The notes under the pieces: model-generated
What the model saw: only the letters and a program-made list of their open reading frames with translations
Told to the model about the DNA's origin: nothing
The model's database searches: none
Made by a program: the position numbers and the translations under genes
Virus record (IMG/VR): IMGVR_UViG_2693429508_000014
Span: 1 to 46,140 of that record
Length of the DNA: 46,140 nucleotides
Reading direction: 5' to 3' (one strand)
Source: a virus
Taxonomy: Duplodnaviria > Heunggongvirae > Uroviricota > Caudoviricetes
Shown: positions 18,332-27,508 of the stretch, piece by piece
Layout of the letters: each line of letters opens with the position of its first letter
Position numbering within the stretch: the first letter of the stretch is position 1

Positions 18332-18802
18332 ATGAACCTGAAACCAGGCTACAGCACAGACCAGAACACAGACACTGCTACAGGCATGCTTAAAAATGAT
18401 GGCTTCTGGCCGGATCTGTCCATGGCTGATTTTCGCAAAAGCCGAACTATCCCACTGGATATCCCTGCATCACTGGCAGAACAGGCGTTATTGTCTGCCA
18501 TCTTTGAGGTGAACACCGCACTGACCGGTGTGAAATCCCGCTACGTAGTGCAGGGAATAGCGCAGGCGGCGGACGTGGAAGGCCCGCAACTTAACGGAGA
18601 AAGCGCCCTTTGCGCACAATACAAAAAAGCGGTCTTTGCCCGCGCCAAAGCCGATCTTCTCGGTGAGTTTACGGCGGTGAACACCCGCCACGCCGACAGC
18701 AATATCGACAGTAATGACACCCGCGAAACCCTGCTTGCTGAAGCGGCCTTTGTGCTGCGTGCTATCCAGGGCGCAGGCCGTGTGGGAGTGTACATCTTAT
18801 GA
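18332..18802 (+). CDS. Head completion / stabilisation protein (gpL-like)
   Basis: ATG at 18332 (MNLKPGY...) chosen over the upstream ORF start that overlaps the previous gene. Position after the small terminase. Confidence 0.6.
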   Translation: MNLKPGYSTDQNTDTATGMLKNDGFWPDLSMADFRKSRTIPLDIPASLAEQALLSAIFEVNTALTGVKSRYVVQGIAQAADVEGPQLNGESALCAQYKKAVFARAKADLLGEFTAVNTRHADSNIDSNDTRETLLAEAAFVLRAIQGAGRVGVYIL

Positions 18803-19278
18803 GCCAGTTCGACAGCCTTTATGCATATCTGCGGCAGGTGTTTGACATTTCCGTGTTTGACAATACCGGCTTTGATTCGTGGATGAGTGATATTCGTCTT
18901 TTGCCCGCAGAGAAAGACATGGGGCTTGGACAGATAAGAATGGGTATTCGCCAGTACAACGCCGTGTTCGACTGGCAGCGCTGGCCATGGCGTCAGGTTG
19001 ACCCTGATTTGCTGTTATGCGCCCTACTTGTCTGGCGGGACGAACAGGCTAATGACTACTACAGCCAGCTTGAGCTTGATGCGCCGGATGTCAACATCGA
19101 ACCCACGGACGACAACATTGCAGAAGTGACTGTCAGTATGCCGCTCGCTGACCCCATCATTCTGATCCCGGACGAGGCCGGTTTTATCATGATGGGCGGC
19201 ATCCGTTACCGGCTGGATAAGCCAGAGATCTGGGTGGCAGAAAATATCACTGTATCCACCATCAGGGCAGGGAAATAA
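18799..19278 (+). CDS. Tail completion protein (gpR-like)
   Basis: 159 aa. DPDLLLCALLVWRDEQAND resembles the gpR segment DFDLLIVPVLAWLRENQPD as recalled. Confidence 0.5.
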   Translation: MSQFDSLYAYLRQVFDISVFDNTGFDSWMSDIRLLPAEKDMGLGQIRMGIRQYNAVFDWQRWPWRQVDPDLLLCALLVWRDEQANDYYSQLELDAPDVNIEPTDDNIAEVTVSMPLADPIILIPDEAGFIMMGGIRYRLDKPEIWVAENITVSTIRAGK

Positions 19279-19281
19279 ACA

Positions 19282-20010
19282 ATGGACATCTCCCTGCACG
19301 GCGAACTTAACCGGACACAGCTTAAGCAGTTGCAGACAATGCTGGCCAACGGTGAGCTCCCCCCGGCAAAACAACAGCGTCTGCTGCAGCGTATCGCAAA
19401 ACGCGGCGTTATTCCGGCCGCAAAGCGCCATGTTCGCGAACAAAAGAATGTTGATGGCAGCAGTTTTGCAGAACGCCGCTATGGCAACAGACCGCTGCTG
19501 AAGGGGCTCCCTAAATTTCTGAAAGTGCACGACATGCCATCAGCGAAATCGGTGCGTATATACGCAGCAGGCAGGAGCTATCGCCAGCCCCACAACCACA
19601 GGGAAATCAGCGTGGGTGCAGTGGGATATATCCAGAGCCATGGCGTTACGTTCACAGTGAACGCATCGCAGCTGAAAACCGACGCGATGGAAAAAGCCAG
19701 CAAGGAACCCTGCTCCCGCCGTCAGGCGATAAAGCTGCGCAAGCTGGGCTATACGGTGAGCGGCAAAAAAAGGGGGACGCGCCGCAAACCATCAACGGCA
19801 GATATCCGGACGTCGCTCACGAAAGGGCAGGCAGGCGTGATTATCCGCAGCATGGAAGGCATACCATCCAAAAGCTACTGGACGATAACCATCCCACCCC
19901 GTCAGTTCCTTGGTGTCAGTAACGAGGAATTTGCACGGATACTGTCCCGCCAGTTGCAGGGCATCAATTATGGCTGGCAGACAAAGCCGCAGGACATTAA
20001 GAGGAAATAA
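19282..20010 (+). CDS. Virion morphogenesis / tail completion protein (gpS-like)
   Basis: NVDGSSFAERR and IPPRQFLGVSNEEFARIL resemble gpS-family motifs as recalled. Confidence 0.5.
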   Translation: MDISLHGELNRTQLKQLQTMLANGELPPAKQQRLLQRIAKRGVIPAAKRHVREQKNVDGSSFAERRYGNRPLLKGLPKFLKVHDMPSAKSVRIYAAGRSYRQPHNHREISVGAVGYIQSHGVTFTVNASQLKTDAMEKASKEPCSRRQAIKLRKLGYTVSGKKRGTRRKPSTADIRTSLTKGQAGVIIRSMEGIPSKSYWTITIPPRQFLGVSNEEFARILSRQLQGINYGWQTKPQDIKRK

Positions 20011-20013
20011 CCC

Positions 20014-21138
20014 ATGACGTTTCCACAGGTCACAATTAATCAGCTCAACACCCACAGCGGAAGCAAGCGTGGGATCGCCTGCACCCTGCTGATGGTGGGC
20101 GAGCATACAAAAGCCATTCTCCCGACACCGGTTACAGCACAAACCGATCTTGACTCGCTGTTAGGAACAAAGGATTCATTGTTACGCAGTAACGTGCAGG
20201 CGTTTCTGGATAATGCCGGACAAAATGCCATGATCTGGCTGGCAACCGTGCAGACACCCCAGCCTTCTGGTCAGACCCGAACGTGGGCTGATGTGGTTAT
20301 GGATGCACAGGCCACCCTCTCGGTGGAAGGCGTTGTCGTTGTTCGCGCTAACGCCTCAGGTAACGATATCGACAAAGCGCAGCAACTGCGCAGCAAACTC
20401 AATAACACCTTCCAGCGCTGGACATGGTTTATCCTAGCTATTCGCGGCTGCGGAACAGGCGAGAAGTGGTCAGAATACGTCACCGCCATGACCGGACTAC
20501 AGAAAGGCATTGCCGCTTACGCGGTGCAGCTTACCCCGATGCTGTTCGGCAATGAACCGGGGATACTGGCCGGTCGCCTTTGCAATCCATCAGTGACGAT
20601 TGCTGATTCCCCCGCCCGTGTTGCAACCGGCGCACTGGTCAATATGGGCCGCAACGATAAACCGCAGGACAGCGACAAGCGCGAACTGGACATTGCCACC
20701 ATCAGGGCCCTGAACAGGGCGCGTTTCAGCGTACCAACGTGGTATCCCGACTACGAAGGTTACTACTGGGCCGACGGCGTCACGCTCGATGTGGACGGTG
20801 GCGATTATCAGGCTATCGAATATCTGCGCGTTGCCGATGAAATGGCCCGTCAGGTGCGTTTGCTGGCTATCCCAAAAATCGCCGATCGCTCACTGAACTC
20901 CACCCCGGCAAGTGTGGCCGCGCACCAACAGCTTTTCGCGAAGCCCATGCGCGACGGCGCAAAGAGCCTGAAAATCAACGGCACGGTATTCCCTGGCCTT
21001 TGCATGTCACCGCACGACGGCGACGTAAAAATCTCATGGCCGGAAAAAGACAAAGTGCAGATTGCGATCGTGGTTCGCCCGTATAACTGCCCGAAAGAAA
21101 TCACCATCAGCATCATGCTGGACGAAAGCGGAGAGTAA
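20014..21138 (+). CDS. Putative contractile tail sheath protein
   Basis: 374 aa. Assigned by position and size (sheath-tube-chaperone-tape measure order); no diagnostic motif recognised. Confidence 0.45.
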   Translation: MTFPQVTINQLNTHSGSKRGIACTLLMVGEHTKAILPTPVTAQTDLDSLLGTKDSLLRSNVQAFLDNAGQNAMIWLATVQTPQPSGQTRTWADVVMDAQATLSVEGVVVVRANASGNDIDKAQQLRSKLNNTFQRWTWFILAIRGCGTGEKWSEYVTAMTGLQKGIAAYAVQLTPMLFGNEPGILAGRLCNPSVTIADSPARVATGALVNMGRNDKPQDSDKRELDIATIRALNRARFSVPTWYPDYEGYYWADGVTLDVDGGDYQAIEYLRVADEMARQVRLLAIPKIADRSLNSTPASVAAHQQLFAKPMRDGAKSLKINGTVFPGLCMSPHDGDVKISWPEKDKVQIAIVVRPYNCPKEITISIMLDESGE

Positions 21139-21141
21139 CCC

Positions 21142-21603
21142 ATGAACACCGAACGCATCAGTGGTATGAGCTTTGACACGTCATTTAATGGCCGCATCGT
21201 TCACGTAAAAACCGCCACCCTTGATATTACCGACAACACCAAAGCCATTCAGGAGCGCGGTGTACCTGATGGCTGGGTACGCGGCGACGTGGAAGCCGGC
21301 GGTGAAATTGAACTGGATACCGTTAACTTCCAGCTTCTTGGTGAAGCCGCGCGTGAAGCAGGGAGCTGGCGCGACATCGAAGAAGCCGACTTTCTCTTCT
21401 TTGCCCGTGCAGCAAAGACAGAACTCAGGGTGGAAGCCTTTGGTTGCAAACTGCTGATCAGTAACCTGCTGAATATCGACAGCAAGGGCGGTGACAACAT
21501 AAGCCATAAAATCAAATTTATGGTGACTTCGCCGGAGTTCGTCAAAATTGACGGTGTTCCGGTTCTCAGCGCCACCGATGTTCGGGACATCATGAACCAA
21601 TAG
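21142..21603 (+). CDS. Putative tail tube protein
   Basis: 153 aa immediately after the putative sheath gene; assignment by synteny. Confidence 0.45.
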   Translation: MNTERISGMSFDTSFNGRIVHVKTATLDITDNTKAIQERGVPDGWVRGDVEAGGEIELDTVNFQLLGEAAREAGSWRDIEEADFLFFARAAKTELRVEAFGCKLLISNLLNIDSKGGDNISHKIKFMVTSPEFVKIDGVPVLSATDVRDIMNQ

Positions 21604-21611
21604 GAAAGACA

Positions 21612-21950
21612 ATGCAAAGCACCCCCCACAACTGGAGCGACTGGCTGGCGATAATCAAAGACTGGTTACGTGGTGATATCCCTCTTGACAGTCTGCTGAT
21701 GACTGCCGTCATTGCAGCACTCAGAGTGTTTTACACAGGCCGCAGCTGGCGTCGTCTTTTGCTTGAGGTGCCGTTGTGTTGCCTGCTGGCCGTGGCGGCA
21801 TTCACCCTCATTAAGCCGGTCCCCGTCGCATGGCTGACCGAAGACTGGCGCGTCGGTATCGGTGCCGCAATTGGCCTTATTGGTGTTGAACATATCCGGG
21901 CACTGGGTGTGTTCATCACAAAGAAATTTGCAGGGAAAAGTGACGAATGA
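21612..21950 (+). CDS. Holin
   Basis: 112 aa with multiple hydrophobic segments and a charged C-terminus; directly upstream of the lysozyme gene, overlapping it. Confidence 0.6.
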   Translation: MQSTPHNWSDWLAIIKDWLRGDIPLDSLLMTAVIAALRVFYTGRSWRRLLLEVPLCCLLAVAAFTLIKPVPVAWLTEDWRVGIGAAIGLIGVEHIRALGVFITKKFAGKSDE

Positions 21951-22390
21951 AAATTTCAGACAACGGGCTGGCCGCACTTAAACGCGAAGAAAACTGCAAA
22001 CTGACCGCTTACCCCGATCCGCGCGGCGTATGGACCATTGGTACAGGTCACACAGGAAAGGTTGATGGTGTCGCAGTTCACAAAGGCATGACCATCACCC
22101 AGGACACCGCCGACAGACTGCTACGCGACGATCTGTCATGGGTGGAGCACTGCATCGCTGAACGGGTAACAGTTCCGCTGAACCAGAGTCAGTATGACGC
22201 GTTGTGTAGCCTGATTTTCAATATCGGCGCTGACGCTTTTATCGGTTCCACCGTTCGCCGTCAGTTAAACGCCGGCAACTACACCGCCGCCGCTGATGCT
22301 TTCCTGAAATGGAGCCGCGCAGGCAGTAACCCGACAATTCTGGCCCCGCGTCGCGGACGTGAGCGGGCAATGTTTCTGGGACAGAGGTAA
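21947..22390 (+). CDS. Endolysin, phage lysozyme family
   Basis: ALKREENCKLTAYPDPRGVWTIGTGHT matches the catalytic Glu-Asp-Thr region of T4-type lysozymes. Confidence 0.85.
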   Translation: MKISDNGLAALKREENCKLTAYPDPRGVWTIGTGHTGKVDGVAVHKGMTITQDTADRLLRDDLSWVEHCIAERVTVPLNQSQYDALCSLIFNIGADAFIGSTVRRQLNAGNYTAAADAFLKWSRAGSNPTILAPRRGRERAMFLGQR

Positions 22391-22396
22391 GGCCAC

Positions 22397-22861
22397 ATGA
22401 AACGCGCAACACTCGCCTTTATCGTCTTCATGGTCGTCGCCGTGGCCGTGCTCGGCTTCACAGCTGACTACTGGCACAACCGCTTCACCAAGGCAGAAAA
22501 AGCCCGCCAGAAAGCCGTAAATCTTGCCGACACCCGACAGCAGACCATTGACGACATGACACTGCGTCAGCGCCAGAACGCCGCGCTTGATGCGAAATAC
22601 ACAAAGGAGCTCGCCAATGCAAAAGCTGAATCCGAAAAGTTACGCGCCGATCTTGCTTCTGGCCGTCGCCGGTTGCAGCTCCACGCCGTCTGTATGCCCG
22701 CCGCCACGCGTGATACCACCGCCACCGGCTCAACTGATGCAACCGCCGCCCGACTTACTCCGGACGCTGAACGGGATTATCAGCATCTCAGAGCCGAAGC
22801 GAAAGCCGTCGTTGCACAAGTGAACGGCCTGCAACAGTACATTACTGAACAATGTCATTAA
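22397..22861 (+). CDS. Rz-like inner-membrane spanin
   Basis: N-terminal transmembrane segment ATLAFIVFMVVAVAVLGF followed by a charged coiled-coil-like region; contains the embedded Rz1 ORF. Confidence 0.75.
   Translation: MKRATLAFIVFMVVAVAVLGFTADYWHNRFTKAEKARQKAVNLADTRQQTIDDMTLRQRQNAALDAKYTKELANAKAESEKLRADLASGRRRLQLHAVCMPAATRDTTATGSTDATAARLTPDAERDYQHLRAEAKAVVAQVNGLQQYITEQCH
22617..22823 (+). CDS. Rz1-like outer-membrane lipoprotein spanin, embedded in the +1 frame of Rz
   Basis: AAGGAG Shine-Dalgarno 7 nt upstream of the ATG. Lipobox LLLAVAGCSS and a Pro-rich mature region. Confidence 0.75.
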   Translation: MQKLNPKSYAPILLLAVAGCSSTPSVCPPPRVIPPPPAQLMQPPPDLLRTLNGIISISEPKRKPSLHK

Positions 22862-22864
22862 AAA

Positions 22865-23164
22865 ATGGCACCACTCACCGGGGAAAATAGCATGAAAGAC
22901 GAAAATACCACCATCATCACCCTGACCGTCGCAGGCGAGGACATTCGCTTCGCCCCGACCGAAGCTGTCTACAACAAGTTCGTGAATGAAATAACGATGG
23001 ATAACAAGGTGGCGCCAGCCAAAAACTACCTGATGCGCTGCGTACACCCGGAAGACAAAGAGAAACTGGAGAAGCTCATTCACCGCCCGGGAGCAGCCCT
23101 TCAGATGGCAGCAAAACTCAATGAAGATTTTGCCGTCAATCTGGATATCACCGTAAAAAAATAA
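22865..23164 (+). CDS. Tail assembly chaperone (gpE-like); -1 frameshift extension to 23350 predicted
   Basis: 99 aa directly upstream of the tape measure gene. A7 slippery run at 23155-23161 just before the stop; the -1 frame stays open to a TAA at 23348-23350, abutting the tape measure ATG. Confidence 0.55.
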   Translation: MAPLTGENSMKDENTTIITLTVAGEDIRFAPTEAVYNKFVNEITMDNKVAPAKNYLMRCVHPEDKEKLEKLIHRPGAALQMAAKLNEDFAVNLDITVKK

Positions 23165-23351
23165 AGGCGGCACTGTCCGGCATTGAGCGCAACGGCTACG
23201 CGCAATATCTGGTATTACGCCGCCACTGGCTACCGGATGGCGAGGACACACCGGAAGACATTGCCGCTGCGGTCTGGCTGGACAACCGTTATTTCGAAAA
23301 CATGAGTGTTGCCGTCAATAACGGCATTGCGAGAGCATTTAAAGGTGGGTA

Positions 23352-25433
23352 ATGGCTGCTGAACTTGATTTTACGCTAAGTCTGGTTGATAAGCTGACGA
23401 GACCCTTAAAACAGGCGCAATCGGCTGTGACCGGATTTGCTGACAAGGCAACAGCCGACTTTAAACGTCTCGGTTTTGGTGTGGCCGGGTTATGGGGGGC
23501 TGCTCAGGGAATAAAAGGACTGGTCAACCCCGCCCGCGACATGGAAGCCGCGCTGGCCGAAGTCAGCTCGCTGGATGTGGCAAATAAAACACTCGATCAG
23601 CTGCGTAAAACTTCACAGACGTTTGCCATTAACTACGGCGAAAGCGCCAGCAATTTCGTCCGCAGCGCCTACGATATCCAGTCCGCCATCGCAGGACTTC
23701 AGGGTGACGAACTGCCAAAATTTACTGAAGCATCCGCCATTCTCGCCAAAGCCACCAAATCAGACACGGCCACCATTACTAACTATATGGGCACCATGTA
23801 CGGTGTTTTTAAAAATACCGCAGAGAAGATGGGGCGCACGCAGTGGGTTGAACAAATTGCCGGGCAGACCGCAACCGCCGTTCAGGTGTTCAAAACTACC
23901 GGTAATGAAATGTCTGCTGCCTTTACTGCGCTGGGTGCCAACGCGCAGGCAATGAAGGTATCTGCCGCTGAACAGTTCGCCGTACTGGGACAGCTCCAGT
24001 CCACCATGTCAGGCAGCGAGGCGGGAACCAAATATAAATCATTCCTGGCGGGGATTGGGAATGCGCAAAAAGTGCTGGGGCTGAACTTTACCAACCGGGA
24101 CGGCAGTGCCAGAAGCATTACCGGTATCATCGACCTGATTAAAGGAAAGTTTGGCGATTTGTCAAAAGTGGCAGATGCAGACCTGCTGAAAAAAGCCTTT
24201 GGCAGCGATGAAGCGGTGTCCATGATTAAACTACTGGCCGGAGATGTTGACGGGCTGAAACGGAACATCAATACATTAGGTAACATCAAAGGCATGGATA
24301 AAGCCATCGAAATGGCGAAAAAGATGGTTGACCCGTGGGATCAGGTTAATTCTTTACTGGAGCAGGTTCGCGTCAGCATCGGTCTGCGGCTCGATCCCGT
24401 CTTTGCCCCGTTCCTGCAAAAAATCATCACCGGCGGGAAAGCCTTCATGAAATGGCTGGATACGTTCCCCAATATTGCCCGCTGGCTGGGATATATCACT
24501 GCAATGACCCTCGCCTTTGCCGCAGCAGGGGCGCTTGCCAGTATCACGATGGGGGCCTTCGGCTTTATCATGACCGGGCTCAGCGGAATTGCTGGCGTGC
24601 TGAAAGGCGCATGGAAAGGACTAATCTTCACCCTGGATTTATTACGCCCCTCCCTGCTTTCAACCCGTCTTGGCCTGATGGGGCTATGGATTCAGGAAAA
24701 AGCCGTCTGGGTGTGGTCAAAGCTGGTCGCTCTTTGGGCAGGGATCTGTAAAGCAGCGATCGTAGCCTGGAACGTAGTGTTACGTGCGGGCGCGGTTGCA
24801 ATGCGCCTGTGGGGCGTGGCGACGGCATTCGCAGGCGGTGCGCTTCAACTCCTGATAAGTCCCATAACCCTGATTATTCTCGCCATTGCCGCACTTGCCG
24901 TAGGGATCTGTCTGGCTATCAAATACTGGGACAGTATTAAAGCCGCCATCATGGACACGGAAGCTTTCAGTGCCCTGCTAAAAGTCATTAACGCTGTGGT
25001 GGGCTGGTTTGATGATGCATGGAACAGCATTAAAGCCGGATGGGACAATCTGACGAACTGGTTTAAAAATTTCTCGCTGGCCGACACATTCGGCAATATC
25101 ACAGCTGGAATTGGCAAGCTCTTTGACGGCATATGGGATTCCATTAAGAGCGCCTTTACCGGGACATGGAACTGGATAGCAGAGAAGCTCAACAAAATCC
25201 CCGGTGTCAATATCAGCACCGCACAACAGACCGTCGCACCGACACCCGCCCCGGAGCTTATCACTGGCAACCGTAGCGCCGCCATCCAGGGCGGGCCGGT
25301 AAGTCACCAGATAAGCAACAACCGGGGCGACAAAGTCACCAATAACAACGTTAAGCAGGATATCACACTGCACGTTGACACCCTGGCGACACCGGGACAA
25401 CTGGCGGAATACAGCGAACTGGCAGCGGGGTGA
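23352..25433 (+). CDS. Tail tape measure protein
   Basis: 693 aa, alpha-helical and Ala-rich with central hydrophobic segments and a W/G-rich C-terminal region, after the chaperone gene. Confidence 0.8.
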   Translation: MAAELDFTLSLVDKLTRPLKQAQSAVTGFADKATADFKRLGFGVAGLWGAAQGIKGLVNPARDMEAALAEVSSLDVANKTLDQLRKTSQTFAINYGESASNFVRSAYDIQSAIAGLQGDELPKFTEASAILAKATKSDTATITNYMGTMYGVFKNTAEKMGRTQWVEQIAGQTATAVQVFKTTGNEMSAAFTALGANAQAMKVSAAEQFAVLGQLQSTMSGSEAGTKYKSFLAGIGNAQKVLGLNFTNRDGSARSITGIIDLIKGKFGDLSKVADADLLKKAFGSDEAVSMIKLLAGDVDGLKRNINTLGNIKGMDKAIEMAKKMVDPWDQVNSLLEQVRVSIGLRLDPVFAPFLQKIITGGKAFMKWLDTFPNIARWLGYITAMTLAFAAAGALASITMGAFGFIMTGLSGIAGVLKGAWKGLIFTLDLLRPSLLSTRLGLMGLWIQEKAVWVWSKLVALWAGICKAAIVAWNVVLRAGAVAMRLWGVATAFAGGALQLLISPITLIILAIAALAVGICLAIKYWDSIKAAIMDTEAFSALLKVINAVVGWFDDAWNSIKAGWDNLTNWFKNFSLADTFGNITAGIGKLFDGIWDSIKSAFTGTWNWIAEKLNKIPGVNISTAQQTVAPTPAPELITGNRSAAIQGGPVSHQISNNRGDKVTNNNVKQDITLHVDTLATPGQLAEYSELAAG

Positions 25434-25436
25434 CAA

Positions 25437-25775
25437 ATGAGTACGAAATCACTTTATATCGACCTGCTCATTACTGACGGCGATCTTACGTTCAACTCCG
25501 CCAGTGAGCCGGTCTTGTGTGACAACCGCCAGAGTATTGCTCAGGACATGATTCACGCCCTGATTGAAAGTGGTCTGCCCTGTCGTCTGATTGCGGAGAA
25601 CAGCCCCACACTCAGGGCCGACCTGTTCACGCAAATGGTGATACTCCTGGAGGAGGATGAACGCCTCATTCCCGGCTCCGTATTTATTGACGAAGAGCAA
25701 CGCGGCCAGCTCCTTGTTACCGCCGATACCTACGATTTTGGTCAGTTAAGCCAGGGGATGCGCTATGCAGAATAA
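25437..25775 (+). CDS. Baseplate protein (gpW-like, small baseplate wedge component)
   Basis: 112 aa immediately upstream of the baseplate J-like gene; assignment by synteny. Confidence 0.4.
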   Translation: MSTKSLYIDLLITDGDLTFNSASEPVLCDNRQSIAQDMIHALIESGLPCRLIAENSPTLRADLFTQMVILLEEDERLIPGSVFIDEEQRGQLLVTADTYDFGQLSQGMRYAE

Positions 25776-26943
25776 TATCGACTTCAAAAACATACTGCGC
25801 GAAAGCGGAATGCCGGTTGATGAACAGACCGTACGTGACACCCTGCAACAGGTGGCAGATGATGAAAAACTCATCACCAATACGTCGCGCATGTCGCCAT
25901 TCTGGCGGCTGATTCAGTTGCTGGTTATCACGCCGTATGTGTGGATTGTTGACACACTGGCTGACAATGTACTGCATAATCTGTTTCTGATGACTGCCAG
26001 AGGGCCGTTCGTTGACCTGTTCGCTGCCGCCCTCAAGCTTACCCGCAAGGAAGCCACGCGTGCGATCGGTAAAATCATTTTTACCAAAAACAACCAGAAT
26101 GACAGTGTGACCGTACCGGCTGGCACACTGATTCAGACGGAGCGTATTAACGGTGTGATTTATTCCATGGCGACCCGCGAGCAGGTAATTATCCCCGCAG
26201 GCACGCAAAGCACCCTTATTGATGTGATCGCCACCGACAGCGGTACGGCATTCAATCTGGCACCAGGCTATTACCAGATACTCCCCAAAGCGATTAACGG
26301 AATTGCGTCTGTACGTAACGGTGATAACTGGCTGACCATACCGGGCGCAAACCGCGAAAGTGACGACGAACTGAAAGATCGTTGCCGTAACCAGTTTAAC
26401 CTTGCCGGCAGTTATCACACTGACGCAGTTTACCGCAGCCTGATAGCTGCACAGGCCGGACTGACCATCGATCGCATCTTCTTTTTACATGACGCCCCGC
26501 GAGGACCTGGTACAGCTAATGCCTACCTGCTGCTGGATACCGGGGTTATTTCGCAACCCTGGGTTGACAGCGTGAATGATTACATCATGGCACAGGGACA
26601 TCACGGCCACGGCGATGATATGCGTTGTTTTGCCATGCCGGAAACCCGCCACGATCTGGCGGTTACGGTGTATGTTGAAAACCTTTCCAATATCAGCAAA
26701 AACGATATCGACGCCCTGAAATCAGGCACTGAAAACCTGATTCGTTGTGCATTCCGTGAAAACAGTAACTACGACGTAACCCGCACATGGCCATACAGTC
26801 GCTTTTCATTCTCGCAACTGGGACGCGAACTGCATGACACCTTTCCTCTGGTGGGATCCGTGACGTTTTCCCTTGAGGATATCATCAGCGATCTGAACGT
26901 ACCCCGCCTGAACACACTGATAGTTGAGGTGAAGAATGCCTGA
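25765..26943 (+). CDS. Baseplate J-like protein
   Basis: 392 aa in the conserved W-J-I-H position; central region has the alternating hydrophobic/Gly pattern typical of the baseplate J family. Confidence 0.6.
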   Translation: MQNNIDFKNILRESGMPVDEQTVRDTLQQVADDEKLITNTSRMSPFWRLIQLLVITPYVWIVDTLADNVLHNLFLMTARGPFVDLFAAALKLTRKEATRAIGKIIFTKNNQNDSVTVPAGTLIQTERINGVIYSMATREQVIIPAGTQSTLIDVIATDSGTAFNLAPGYYQILPKAINGIASVRNGDNWLTIPGANRESDDELKDRCRNQFNLAGSYHTDAVYRSLIAAQAGLTIDRIFFLHDAPRGPGTANAYLLLDTGVISQPWVDSVNDYIMAQGHHGHGDDMRCFAMPETRHDLAVTVYVENLSNISKNDIDALKSGTENLIRCAFRENSNYDVTRTWPYSRFSFSQLGRELHDTFPLVGSVTFSLEDIISDLNVPRLNTLIVEVKNA

Positions 26944-27508
26944 TAAATCACCGGACATTAAGTTGCCGTCATGGCTGAATCGCGGCGATGTGCTCCGCCT
27001 GAAAAACACCTTTATCCGTTTCTGGGGAAAGGTGCACAACTGGGTAACATGGCCACTGAGCCAGACCGACCCACTGACATGTGCGGAATCCATTCTGAAC
27101 CTGACAGCCTGGCAATATGATATAGCCCGTTTTGACGGCGAACCGCTCACGCTGTACAGAAAGCGTGTCAAATATGCCTTTATCAACGCACAGGACGCGG
27201 GCAGCGCGGCGGGATTCAGGGCAATTTTTGAACGACTGGGGATCGGTTATGTGGAGATTCAGGAGCGCCAGCCAGGCACAGACTGGGATGTTGTTCTTTT
27301 GCGCCTGACAGACAACCAGATCTCAGAAAATACAACATTACTCAATCAGATAATTCGCCAGTACGGTCGCACCTGCCGCCGTTACCATCTTCAGATAATC
27401 ACATCCACGGATTGTGTTATCGGACACGGATACTGGCATGGCAGCTATCACTATTTTTATGCACCGGAGATGAAAAATGACCCAGAGCGCTATCACTTCA
27501 GCATTTGA
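26936..27508 (+). CDS. Tail protein I-like
   Basis: 190 aa between the baseplate J-like gene and the tail fibre gene, with overlapping starts and stops. Confidence 0.45.
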   Translation: MPDKSPDIKLPSWLNRGDVLRLKNTFIRFWGKVHNWVTWPLSQTDPLTCAESILNLTAWQYDIARFDGEPLTLYRKRVKYAFINAQDAGSAAGFRAIFERLGIGYVEIQERQPGTDWDVVLLRLTDNQISENTTLLNQIIRQYGRTCRRYHLQIITSTDCVIGHGYWHGSYHYFYAPEMKNDPERYHFSI

